Below are positions 37,411 to 49,690 of a stretch of 64,000 nucleotides of DNA, one piece after another; the first letter of the stretch is position 1; each line of letters starts with the position of its first letter. Source of the stretch: Hydrolagus affinis (lineage: Eukaryota); contig JAAILG010000803.1 of NCBI GenBank assembly GCA_012026655.1, positions 1-64,000 on the forward strand, given 5' to 3'. The position numbers and the translations under genes are program-made. The notes beneath the pieces were generated by a model. The model made no database searches, was not told where the DNA came from, and was given only the letters and a program-made list of their open reading frames with translations.

Positions 37411-40400
37411 TTAATACTGACAGAAAGTCAACTAAACCCAAATACAGTAATTACCAAGCAGCACCAGACACAATTACTGAGTGTCCAGTGCCTCGGGACG
37501 TCCTCCCGACATGAAAGGCTCTACACAAATGTAATTTGTATTGTAATTCGTATTATACAGTACCGATGCAGCTAAGACATGATACAAATGATAAAAGGAT
37601 CACCAATAAGCACAATTCAAGGAAACAAATTCAGTTCAATTATTGAAAATGCTAAGGAAATTCCAATTACTCTAAATCGTTAACTTTCTGCCCTTTAACT
37701 ACATTTTTTGAGAGTTTTACTTCTGGACTAAAACAGCTAGCAAGCACAGGAGAGCAGTGGTTTAAGGATTGTATAACACAATATTCCGTTTCAGCTCGCT
37801 GTGGATTAACAATCCTATTGATTATCGCAAAGGAAAGGGTTGTAATTCCATCACAACAGTGAATAGAAAACCTAAGACAAAAGGACTAGTCTTAGCTGCT
37901 GATGAGCCGCCCAAGTTTCTTACCAGTCAGTTGTTCATCACATTAGGACCCTGGATTGACTGTATTCAACTTCTCCCCTTTGATTTCTGTCTGTTAATGA
38001 CCAATGAGTTGCCTTTTCTATGTGTGTGTGTGTGTATGTGTATTTGTATTTGTGTGTGCATTTGTATTTGTGTGTTTAAAATATTGAAGTCCTTCCTAAT
38101 GCCTTTGTTTTCTTAGCCTGGTCCTCACTTGTAATGATCAACTGAAAATCTGATTGTCTAGCTCACCAACATCCATACATTTAACATTTGAGAATCACTC
38201 GCGGAGTGTAATCAAACCTCTAATATATCTGAGAAAAGTTCTTTTTGGTCTAAAAATCAGGATTTGTAATGGTGACCTTTTATACAAGATAATTATTTTG
38301 AAATAAAAGGATCATGCTGACCAGATGCCCTTCTTCACGACAACCCTAACAAGTTAGGTGACTAGAGGTCCTCTCGGGCAGGGCAAGCCTGTCCCGAGCC
38401 TGGTGACCATACGCTTGAGCAAGCTCTGCATGGCAGTGTCTACACTTCCTCATTGTGAGGGCAAATGAAATTCCTCAGGTTAGACCTACTGCTATATAGA
38501 TCCCAGCCAACAATAGGCTGACGGTAGCTTCTTCCAGGAGCTCCCACTCCCCCAAATAACCTTATGGGGAGATCCTGTTGTGGACTTGTGAACACAAGCA
38601 AATCTCACCAGGAGATCTCTCTGGCAGACGCCTATCTCAAGGAGTAAGTAAATAAATAAGTGATAAGAAGATACTACACTGGGTCTTACTCAACAGTAGC
38701 TAATACCTTACAAAAAACACTGTGAGACAATAACAAGGGAGCAAAACAGATAGTGTGACCATCTCTCCAATCACTAGTGCAGGTCTCCCTAATCCAATCT
38801 TGGCATTGATGAGGGATGTTGCACATAGTAGTAGAATCCTAGTTGGCACAAGCTGACACCTGTATCTATTCCTCTACATTTCATACTCTCTCAGGGTTGG
38901 CTGACAAGGTGCTGAGTCCACTCAACTTTAGCGGCACTGACTTAAGGCTGGATCAATTAAATCGTTCAAAAGTGAGCTGAATCGGAACTCGAGCAGCAAA
39001 AATGATCCGCGTGTGAAAGCCGCTATCGAATGCAAGGTTTATTGTTATTAATAATACATCAGGAGGGAATGTCTCACCCATCACAGAGTTGAATGATTGG
39101 ATTTCCAACTAATATCCACTTGGTGGCAATCGGAGTTGATTTCACAAAAGATAAATACATTCGGAATCACGCGTGGCTAGGGGCCATTGCCACAAGAGCA
39201 ATCACAGCAACTCACCGCCCCCAACGAACAGAACTAATCAAAGTTCGAACAAATAGGCCAAGCAAGAGCGTTGCAATGAATGTTACGACAGCGGTCAGGA
39301 ATCACAGCGAGAGAGAGAGAGAGAAAAGAACACATTGCCATGATATTGCAGTGCTAACAAATAACAGGATGAACAATAATGCCACAACAGATTGCTACAA
39401 CATACCACCACATCAAGTGGTTGTAACCTCAATTGGGACCGTGCTATTTTGGAGTGGATGAGTGGCGCGCGTGACTTGATTTTTTTTCTTCTTTCATCCT
39501 CTTGATTGAAAGGTATGAATTGAATGCGAAGGCACAGGCCCCGCGACTGCGTGACCAATAGATTCGGCAGAAGATTCATTCGTAGACCCTAAGGGGGCAA
39601 AGCCATCTGGTTCTTACATTCGTAAAAAATCCAGGGATGCTTTAATTACATTGGGGAAGGGAGGAGGGGGTGGTGAGTGGTGGGGAGGGAGTTAGCACAA
39701 AAACTAATACATAGTGTTTTATCCACACCAACAGCTGGGCAAAACAGCCCTACACAACATCAACTGCATGTTTGGGTGCAGGCTGGAAGCAGCAATTTCC
39801 TTACAGCATTTGCACTGTGGCATTGCAGTTACAATGAACGGAGAGGAGAGCTCACAGTCGGTTAGATTTAATGAGCCACTGGAAACGTTCAATCCGTTTT
39901 ACTTTTGCAGTTCATGTTTACTGTTCAGAGAGGCTGTGTGACATCTCAGCGCTCCATGGAGAATTGGCGGTACGGTTGTTTTTAATAAAATATGGCTTCT
40001 TTCTTGCCCACCACCCCCCTCTCCCCAACCCCGAAACAAAACAGTTGGGATGGTGTCAGGAAATGGTAATGTGCTTGTGTATTATTATTTTTTTTAACCT
40101 GACTGACGGAAGCTGACACTGCATTGAGCAAGGCTGTTTCTTCCCCAGTGTCTGTCATAACTACTGAAGCACCAATGCAAAAACGCATCTGCTTAAATTA
40201 CAGGAGAGGCAGTGTTAACTCATTGCTCTTTCACGCTAGCTAGGTACCGTTGGTGATAGAGAGATGTAAAATGCTAAATGCCCACTTATTATTAAAATAT
40301 ATGTGCCCACAAATACAGTACTGTATTTAAAGCTACAGTAGGAATAATTTTTTGGGGGTTTGGTTGCAGATTTTTAACATGTACATTTTCTTTACAGTTT

Positions 40401-40459
40401 AAGAAATGTAATTTTGTGATCGTAATTTTACAGGAATACTATTATATATTCCAGTTAGA

Positions 40460-40629
40460 CAATTTCAATCCACGACTGTTTGTAGGGGACGCTGCGGTGC
40501 ACAATTGGCTGTTGTGTTTCGCCCACCATTGTACGATCAATTAACTTTACATACATTCTATGAAGCGCTTTGAGACGTCTCGAAGACACGAAAAGCACTA
40601 TATCAAATGCAAGGATTATTATTATTATA
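40460..40629 (+). mobile_element. Young SINE, 5'-truncated
   Basis: tttcaatccacgactgtttgtaggggacgctgc...tatcaaatgcaaggattattatt. Confidence 0.9.
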
Positions 40630-42930
40630 AATAATCGGATGGACCTGCGCTAATCATCACCAGGAATGTATTATGTCATGTCACAATTTTACCCCTTTGG
40701 CACCAGTTATAGATGGAGTCCCCTCTGACTAACACTCAATGTCTTTGGTCTGCTTCACTGGTTGGCAAAGGCAACAAGTCTCATCTCTCATGTTGATATC
40801 TCTCACCTTGATAAGCGCAATACTTTCCCCCCCCCACCCCCACCCCCCCCCTCCACCACCACCCCCACTTCATAATTTGTAGGCTTGGAAAAACAAACAC
40901 GTCAATAGAACCGCATTTAATTGCAACCCTGTTTCCTGTGTCCGGGGGAAAACTCGGTTGTGTTTGACATGACTTTGGAAGCCAATTGAAATTGGCAAAC
41001 GCGTTGAGTGATTCTCTGTGCGGGGCACATGCAGGATGAAGACAAATATTTTTTCTCATACAATAACGCAGATGATCATTAACACTGTCATTACAGCCAT
41101 GTAATGAATTGACAGCTGTTTCCATTGACATAACTGAAAATGATGAAGCCCCTCAGTCCTGATTCCAGCAGCCAGAATGATGCCCTAACGCTGTGAATTG
41201 CTGCGTATGCTTTGACAAAAGGACGGACCAAAATTAGGCCCTGTGTCACTTTTTCGCAAATGCAATTGTTATAAAGCAACCGAACCCCCACCCCCAAACC
41301 CCCCTCCAAACCAAAAACTCAGCTATGTTTTTCATAAGCAACACGCAGGAAAATTGCTCTAAGGAGTTGCCTGTAGGGGTAATGCATTATTAGCCTGGTA
41401 TCATAGTGTGCCAATGGGCTCGCACTCAGAACTCTCCACACAGTGAATTTCAAATAGAGGCAGACAAAAATGCATGCCAGCGAAATCAAGCACCTGAAAG
41501 TGGAAGATAAGGTTAATGTTTGCAGGTGCGACCTTCCATCAGAACGGGCGCAGTTTTGCTGCTGAAATTCCTTTATGAGATTGATGAGGGAGATGAGGAC
41601 CAGACTAAGAAAACAAAGGCATTGGGAAGAATTTCAATATTTTTAGACTTGTAGCTGCAAATACACACACTCACACACAAAAAAAAAAGGGCAGCTCATC
41701 GGTCATTAACAGCAAAAGTAGTAAGGAAACTTGGAAGTTATCGTACAAACAAACAACTCTGTGAAAAAAAATCACACCTGGAGATGGGAGATGTTTGAAG
41801 CTGTTGAATTTCGATGTCCCAACCTGTGGTTAAGGAATGTCAAAGGAAATAACTGAAGGGAGTAGGTTTGTGTTTTGCGATTGGTTGGATCTGTGCCTGG
41901 GATCAGAGTAGGACAAGTCGTTTGTTCCAGTGACAAAACTCAAAGGGGGAATTTAGGGTCATTTTTAAGGACACAATAGAGCTATTCGCCAATTGGAGCT
42001 TTAAAGTGTTACTCAATCTCACAACATATAGCACTCAATTGGGAAGGTAGAAAAATAACAAAACGGGCGACAGGAAATACGACAGCTCACAGGAGGACGC
42101 AAAGGGCAATGGGGCAGAGTGGGGGGGGGGGGGGGGGAAAGGATGGGAAAGGTTCCCAAACCTAGTGACAACACACTGGGCGGCTACAACACAAAGAATC
42201 CATGATAACACACAGAGAATGACTGGAGTTCATTTGTAACCCCATTGACTGGACATGGGAATATTGCCAACCAGCTCCAGCTCAGACAGAGAGGGGAGCC
42301 TGATTGTAACTCCGCTGGCTGCCAGGTCTCTGGCAGTGCTGTACTGAAGTGCTGAATGGAACAGTTGCATGCAAAGTGCAAAATGAGACTATCCTCCGCT
42401 TTTCTCTCCTTCAGCCAAAACTCACAAACTGGCGCTTACTGACTGCAACAAGTGCCACACGCTTAAAGCCAACTGACCCTTTTGCCAGATTAACCACAGG
42501 GCTAATGAAACGTGAGGTATCATCATGGCAAACCTCATTGCTATGTCCTCTTGATCAGTAAAAAAAAAAATTCAGAGGTTCAAAATTCCTCGCAGCCTTT
42601 GTTTTCAGACCACGGCCTGATCGCGTCAGATTTTTAGAAAGTTCTTAAATAAAGCTTTAGTTTTGAAGCTGTGTGTGTGTTTTCCCCCCCTCACTCCCTT
42701 AAGCATCGTGGTAAAAATGACCCCTCCAAAGTTTTAAGAATATTACCAATTTTGTGCGATCTGACATCTTCAGGCTAAGACCATGAGGAATTTGGGTCCT
42801 CAGATACAATTGACTCTTTGCAAAACCTGGCGGACTGTCACCAGTCTAGTGAAGGAACACAGCCAATTATAATACACTAGCATTGCCTTCGTCAAGTTCT
42901 AAGCAACCTCTGTGCTGACCAGTGATTGAA

Positions 42931-43134
42931 ACAGGCAGCCAATTGCGCACAGCAGTCTCCCCACAAACTGTCGTGGGACTGAAATAACCAATATATTTTT
43001 TGAGGGATTATTATCAGATTATTATTATCAATGTTAAAGATAACATAACAATCCTTGCATTTGATGTAGCGCTTTTCACGTCTTTTTCCAGACGTCTCAA
43101 AGCGCTTCACAGAATGTACTGTAAAGTGAATTGA
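42931..43134 (-). mobile_element. Two adjacent young SINE fragments
   Basis: Middle segment at 42931-43017 and tail segment at 43046-43134, both antisense. Confidence 0.8.
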
Positions 43135-43673
43135 AGTGTAGTTGTGTGTGTGTGTGTGTGTGTATGTATATATATATATATATATAATACCCGTGACACA
43201 CAAGCGCAATACACTCAGCTTGGGAAACAAAACAACAGGGGGAATGTTTATGGGGCAGCGGGAAAGGGAATGAGTGAACAACAGGGAGTAGTGGTGGTTG
43301 CACACTAGGACGGGTGGTTGGGAACCAGGAAACTAAACTCATTTAAAATAAACAGCTTGATGCTGTGATGGGATGGGGAGGGTGAATAATCTGGAAGGAT
43401 GAGATCAAATGAGCTGAAGGGCATTCATCACGTGATCTTTTCTACACACAAAGTAAAGGGGAACAGGGTAAAGAGACAAGCGGATCGAGGTAATTTCTGG
43501 AGAATAGAGACGAGGGTAATTTCAATTCGCTTCAGTAAAGAATCTAAACAAGTGTTAGTAGGGGCTATGAAAGTCACTTTATCGTATCTACAACCGTAAT
43601 ATAATTGTGAAAAATATGAGAATCTTAAAATTATTGTCTTATTGGCAAAATTCTTGAGAGGTGACCAGGAAGC

Positions 43674-44025
43674 AATAATAATAATAATAATGATCCTTGC
43701 ATTTGACGTAGTGCCTTAACCACATCTTCAAGACGTCTCAAAGCGCTTCACAGAATATAGTGTAACGTGAATTGGCTGCGTGCTTTGTGGCCGAAACACG
43801 GCAGCCAAATGCGCACAGCAGCGTCCCCCACAAACTGCCGTGGATTGAGTGACCCATTTTTTTTTAAAAGGAATTATTACCCCCGGAAAAGCAATCCGCC
43901 TATTGACTAATCACGGGATTCCTGCTTTATTGGGTACACAAGAGGCGTGTGGAATATGCAAACTTGCCCAAAGTTTCGCACGGCTGCGAATCAAACCCAG
44001 GTCCTCTCGCTTGTGAGGTGACGTG
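43674..44025 (-). mobile_element. Near full-length young SINE with altered middle
   Basis: Tail and body 43674-43880; head remnant aacttgcccaaagtttcgc...aacccaggtcctctcgcttgtgagg at 43960-44020. Confidence 0.85.
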
Positions 44026-44554
44026 CTGTAGAAAAGCTTGGCATTGCATATTATCAGAGCAGCAAAACAGCGATTGTTACCCTGGTCGCGGCGGCTGTGT
44101 GTGTGTTGGTGTCTGTGGTGGTGGGGTGGGGGGGGGGGCATAATCTTTTCAGTCCTGCCGACGTTGTGAACCACTGGTTATCTCATAGTCTATGGTTATG
44201 GAAGCCTCGTCCCGCTCAGTGCGTGTGCAGCGGATTAGACGGGTTGTCGATCAGCAGGACTCTGCTTGCCTGCGGCGGAGCTTTCCTGATCAGCACCACC
44301 ACCCTCCTCCCCGCCACTCCCCCCGCGGTGAGATGGGTCTTTCCGCCGGCATAGATCTCCAAGATGGAGCGAGGCACCTCACAGTGGTTTCCACAGCATG
44401 ATTGGTCAAGTTGACACGAATTGACCCTTCATTTACAGGCTGGTGACAGGGAAAGGACCTTCAGTATTAAATTAGCCTAGTCTTTGGGCCGGCTGGTCGT
44501 AAAAATGACAGATTCTTTTGCTAGACTTCCACAACAGCATTTTTTTTTTGCTTT

Positions 44555-44585
<31 letters not shown>

Positions 44586-45885
44586 GCAGTGAGCTGAGGT
44601 AATTTATTTACATCGCTGGTATTAAAGGTATTACATGAGCCGTATTTCCGTAGGGACTTGGCGCACACGCAAGTGTTTATACTTAAACGCGAGAACAAAA
44701 GGGAACGTGATAAATGGGAACATATTACCCATTGTTCCAAGCCGGTTAATCTAATTACCAGATATTACAGTTGTTCACTTCGCTTTATTCCAGATTCGAT
44801 GCTATCAATTTTTTTCAACATTCGAAAGTTAATCCGTTATCGTCAACGGGCCTCCAAAGCCAGCAAAAGCAAAACATAACAGTCGAATATTCACTTTGAA
44901 TAGGGTCTATTCTGTGAAGCGCTTTGAGACGTCTCGGAGGCGTGACGAGGAACCATAATCAAATGCAAGTTAGTCATATAAGTAACAATGACAGCGACTA
45001 GATAATCCACAAGGTAATATATATGTAGTATGCTGCACAGTAATAAAGGTACACTTTACAGTGTATTCTGCGAAGCCCTTTGAGTCAAATCGACAGCATG
45101 ATAAATCACAATAACAAATGGAAGGATCATTATTATATCTTATTATTATTATTATTATTCAGGAGACTGTTGGCCAGTGGGAAGTGGGAGAAATATTCCT
45201 TCTCTTTTTGCAAAAAAAAGTGCCATGGAATCTTTAAGGCAAATAATCTCGGTTTAACAATGCCGCGCTAGAGATTAAATCCATCAACAACATCAATCTC
45301 TTCAAAATACGCCGCACTGTAATCATCTCCCCACAAAAAATACTTTGGCAAATGAAGTGGTGGAACCCAGATCCAACAGACGGGAGGTAAAGATAAACAT
45401 AGTTGAGCATGAATTATTTCTCGTAAAAAAATATATTTTTAAAAAGCTGTTACCGCGGTAATGAACTTTTAATGGATGTTTGTGATGCATGTCCTTTTGT
45501 GTCGAATTGTATTATCTTTAATATCTTTAATGATCTTAATTAAATCAAGTTTCCTTCCGGCAGATGTTGTCTTTAACAAACTATTACAAGTTCAGTAAAA
45601 ATTATACAGATCTTAAAATTGAACAAAAGTCTCTTGGGCCCTATTAGACCATTCTGTCGATTTGTGTTTTTATATATAAAAAGCCTTGTTCAGCCAACAC
45701 CTGCAGTAAGTTTACTTGATGGAGGAAGTTCTCTCTAAGGCAGTCAAGCAAAGTAAGAGGCACTCACACGAATTAGCAGTCAAGTGAATGTATTCTCCAC
45801 TGAGCGAGACTGTCCATTGACACTTATATGCGTAAGATTGTGGAGTCCAGCAGTTCAGTGGTTAAAGCATTTGATATAACACATT

Positions 45886-46060
45886 TCAAGTCTTCTAGAT
45901 GTTTCAAAGCACTTCATGGAATAATATACTGTAAAGTGAATTGACTGTATGTACAGTATATTTGTGTGTGAAACGTGGCAGCCATAGATTGAAAATGACC
46001 AATTTATCATTGTTTATTTTCGAGGGAATTATTATTATTAGGCGTGTGGAGTAAGGAACC
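45886..46060 (-). mobile_element. Young SINE, internally deleted
   Basis: tatactgtaaagtgaattgactg...gaaacgtggcagcc joined to attgaaaatgaccaattt...ggcgtgtggagtaagg. Confidence 0.8.
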
Positions 46061-47425
46061 TTGAAATATATTTATGTCTGCAAATAAAGAGTTGATTTGC
46101 CTTCTTTCAACACCTGCAATTTTAATCCTCAACCCGTCTATCCACAGTGGACCTAATTTAGCTGCGGGGGATGAAAATACATGTGGTTGAAGTCTTGAAG
46201 TTGTGTGCTGGCTCAGTACGTGTAATTTAAAATTGTTCCTCTTTGGGGAGCATTGGGAACGAATAATTAAACAGGAATTGCCATTTCGCTCCCTCACAGG
46301 TGAGAGTGAAGGACAAGGCAGGAGGTTGAGATGGTGGCAGAGTGCAATGGTTTGCTTAGAGCAGAGCCACTGCTGTTATCCATCGTTAGGTCAAACTCCC
46401 AGCGGAGTCACTGTTCTTATTAATTAACTGACATTTTTTTTTAACCTCAGACAGCACTTCACAAGGTTGACATACAGAACAAGAGCCTCTGCGCGACTCG
46501 CCTCAACGCAGCAAGTTTGGCTCAGTTGGTAGGGTTGTGCGTACAGAAGGCTGAGGATGAGAGAGACCGATAGCCTTTGCACTCTCACACCTGAGCAGGC
46601 AGCAGGAGAAAATGGACAATGTGAATTGGTCCTATCTCATCCCGGTCCGTCCACTCCCCCAGCCACTCTTTAAGAACTGCCGTAACTCCTGCAGGCAGAA
46701 ATACCAAACAGCACAACACAGCCAACTGTGATTGAAATCTGTGATCCATCAGTCTGAAACAACGTGTGTGTTTTTAATTTGCAACCAAGAGAAGAGATTG
46801 GTTACACAACCTAAAAGCCTGGTTAAGCATTGCTGGGCACAGCCTCTGAACAGACCAAACTTTGCTCAACTTGGGATCTGCGATCAAGGTTCAGATAACA
46901 GATGAGTTTATTGCCGATGGCTGTTTCAGTCAGGGTCAAGGAACCAAAGTGCCCTGAGAGGTATCATTCCTCCCTCCACACCCCCCCCCCCTACCCTGTG
47001 TGGGCACAGCTTTGGTATGTGTGGTCACTGCACCACTTCATCACCTTCTCTGTGGGATGACACTTCAGAAACGATGCACAAGAGAGAAGTTAACCTTTCA
47101 GGACAGGAGGTTGTCCATCAAAGGTGGGCAGGGAAAGTTACCCATCAAAGGGAACGAGCTCTCTGACCGAGGGAGGAATTAGCCTTTGAAAAAGAGAGAG
47201 GCGATCCATCATGTGAGTGAGCCATCCATCATTGCTGAACATTGTCAGGAGGGAAACCCATTTGAACTGACACGCAATATTGTACATTGTTTTTTATTAA
47301 TCATTGCTTCTGTGGTCTGAAATTTCTCATGGTCTTAGCCTTGAGACTTGGGTCTTTAAAATTTAAGACTGTCCCATCATTTTGGAAAATTCTTAAAATC
47401 CGGTCTTAAATCACCTTCACGTTTA

Positions 47426-47566
47426 TGTCCGCCTGGTCAGGTAGACGTGAAAAGTCACACAGCACTTAAAGTATTTGGAAAGAGGTGGAAGTTTCTCCCA
47501 GTGTCCTGGCCAACAATCCCCCCCATAAAATTGGTCATTCACTCCATGGCTGTTTGTGGGATACTG
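47426..47566 (+). mobile_element. Older Deu-domain SINE fragment
   Basis: caggtagacgtgaaaag...tttctcccagtgtcctggccaacaatccc...aaattggtcattcactccatggctgtttgtggga. Confidence 0.8.
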
Positions 47567-48329
47567 GAATAGTTTTACATTTGGAATTTAAAGCAAAATA
47601 TTAAGCGAGCTCACTTTCAATTGATTCCCTATCTCATCTTGCCAGTTAGCTCCTCACATTGGTACGAATAATAATAATTATACATAACACACACATACCG
47701 TATATAATAATAATTATAAATATCTGATCTATAATATAATTCCTTCTTGAGCTGTCACTCCCCGTGCTGACAGTTGGATCTTGGGGACATCAGCCGTCTA
47801 AAGGTTAATCGGCCAAATATGTCTGTCTTCTTTCCCTCCACAAGGTCTGTACGAGCAGCAGAAATGGTGGCAGCAATCAACAGCCAAATGGCATTGAAAG
47901 CCATTGAGCTAAAGAGAGACACAGTGGAGGTCATCCAAACAGAGCTTCGTTTTTAGAAGGAGATTGCAAATAAATGCTATCACCCTGAGCTCTGCTCCAG
48001 CCCATTATTCCTCATTAAAAAAGATTAATATATATTTTACCCCAGTTTCCATAGCCTACCCCAAACAAACCTTACATGATTCCTTTTGCCCCCCCTCTCT
48101 CGCTCTCTCTCTCTCTTCCCCCAGAGCGTCCTGACCAACAATCGACAAGGCGAATATAAACAAGACATTTATGTTTGACAGCACTGTCGTAAAGCGAGAT
48201 CGACCTTGTCACATCTCCTGCATATCCTGTGAAGTGCTGTGGAGACATTCTCTCAACGTGAAAGCAAATGCAAGGCCCATTATTTTTAATAATCATCCAT
48301 TAAAAAAAGTTCACATCTTCTGTACCGCT

Positions 48330-48545
48330 CAAAGTGCTTCATGGACTATACTGTAAAAGTGAATTGACTGTACTGTATATTTGCAGGGTGAAACACGGCA
48401 GCCAATTGCGCACAGCAGCGTCCCCACAAACAGCCGTGGATTGAAACGAACAATTTATTGTTTTCTTTTGAGGGAGCGGAGTCCCAAAACTTGCCCATGG
48501 TTTCGCCCTGCCTGGAATCCAACCCAGGTCTATCACTTAATTATT
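48330..48545 (-). mobile_element. Young SINE, both ends trimmed
   Basis: gaaacacggcagccaattgcgcacagcagcgtccccacaaacagccgtggattgaaa...aaacttgcccatggtttcgccctg. Confidence 0.9.
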
Positions 48546-49282
48546 AGGCGAGTGCTCGAACCACCGACTTACAGAATTATTACCATGTCAGGATTTGCAA
48601 TCTGAAATGTAGTGGGCAGGGAGGTGGAGGGGGAGGTGGGGGGGCGTGTAGGGAGATGTTTGCACAAGTGAGAGAGCTGTAATCATAGCACTTTCCAACT
48701 GGGGGGGTGACGTTTCGCACTGAGTGAGTGGAGGGAATACTTTTGTAAGCCAAAAAATATATACCAGTCGCTCTTTTGCAAACTTATTTCTTTCTTTTCA
48801 CACTGGAATCCAGCACAAATGTCACAACAGGCCCATCAATCACACCATTATTGCTTTAGCAAAAGCCACCACAAAGGGGCTATAGTATACAACTGCCAGC
48901 CACTCATTTGATCAAATTGCCAATGCTCTATTCTCTCTCTCCCTCTCGTGTATATACACACACACAAAGCAATTTGAACGAAGAAGTCCTTTTAGCCCTT
49001 TTGATTTCATCATCAATACACCTTCCCTCACCCCCAGCTCCCTCCTCCCACCCACGCCCCCACCCACCACACCATTGTCCCTCCACTACATCATCGACCT
49101 TCCAGATCCAAGTACCTGTAGTCAATTATCTTCTCAGTTAAAGAAATACTTCTTGGTGTCCATCCTAAAGTTGCCCGTTGCATCCTCCCCTGAACCTGCT
49201 CCTCTTGTTCTGCTGTCTCAACAAATTGCATCTACTAGATCTCATCTGAGTTACATTCCTAATCCCACAGAAAACCTTATGT

Positions 49283-49690
49283 GCACAACACACGCACGCA
49301 CACACACATGAGCGTGCACACACGTAAGCACACACGTAAGCACACACATGTAAGCACACACACACATAAGCACAGACACACGTAAGCACAACACCTAAGC
49401 ACACACATGTAAGCACACAAACACACGTGAGCACACCCACAAACGCACACTTGAGCACACACACAAACACTCACATGTGAACACACTCACACGTGAACAC
49501 AAGCACACGTGAGCACAAACACATGTGAGCACATACACACACGTAAGCACACAAACACATGTGAGCACACATACAAACACACTTGAGCACACACAGGCAC
49601 ACACACACAAGCACACGCAAGCACACAAGCACACGTACACACACCAGCACACAGCACACACACAAATGCATGCACACACATACAGACACA
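49283..49690. repeat. Complex CA-rich micro/minisatellite
   Basis: Imperfect units such as cacacgtaagca / cacatgtgagca embedded in (CA)n over about 400 bp. Confidence 0.9.

Noticed and set aside
37899-37925. Hammerhead-like CTGATGA core
   Set aside because: No stem II followed by GAAA
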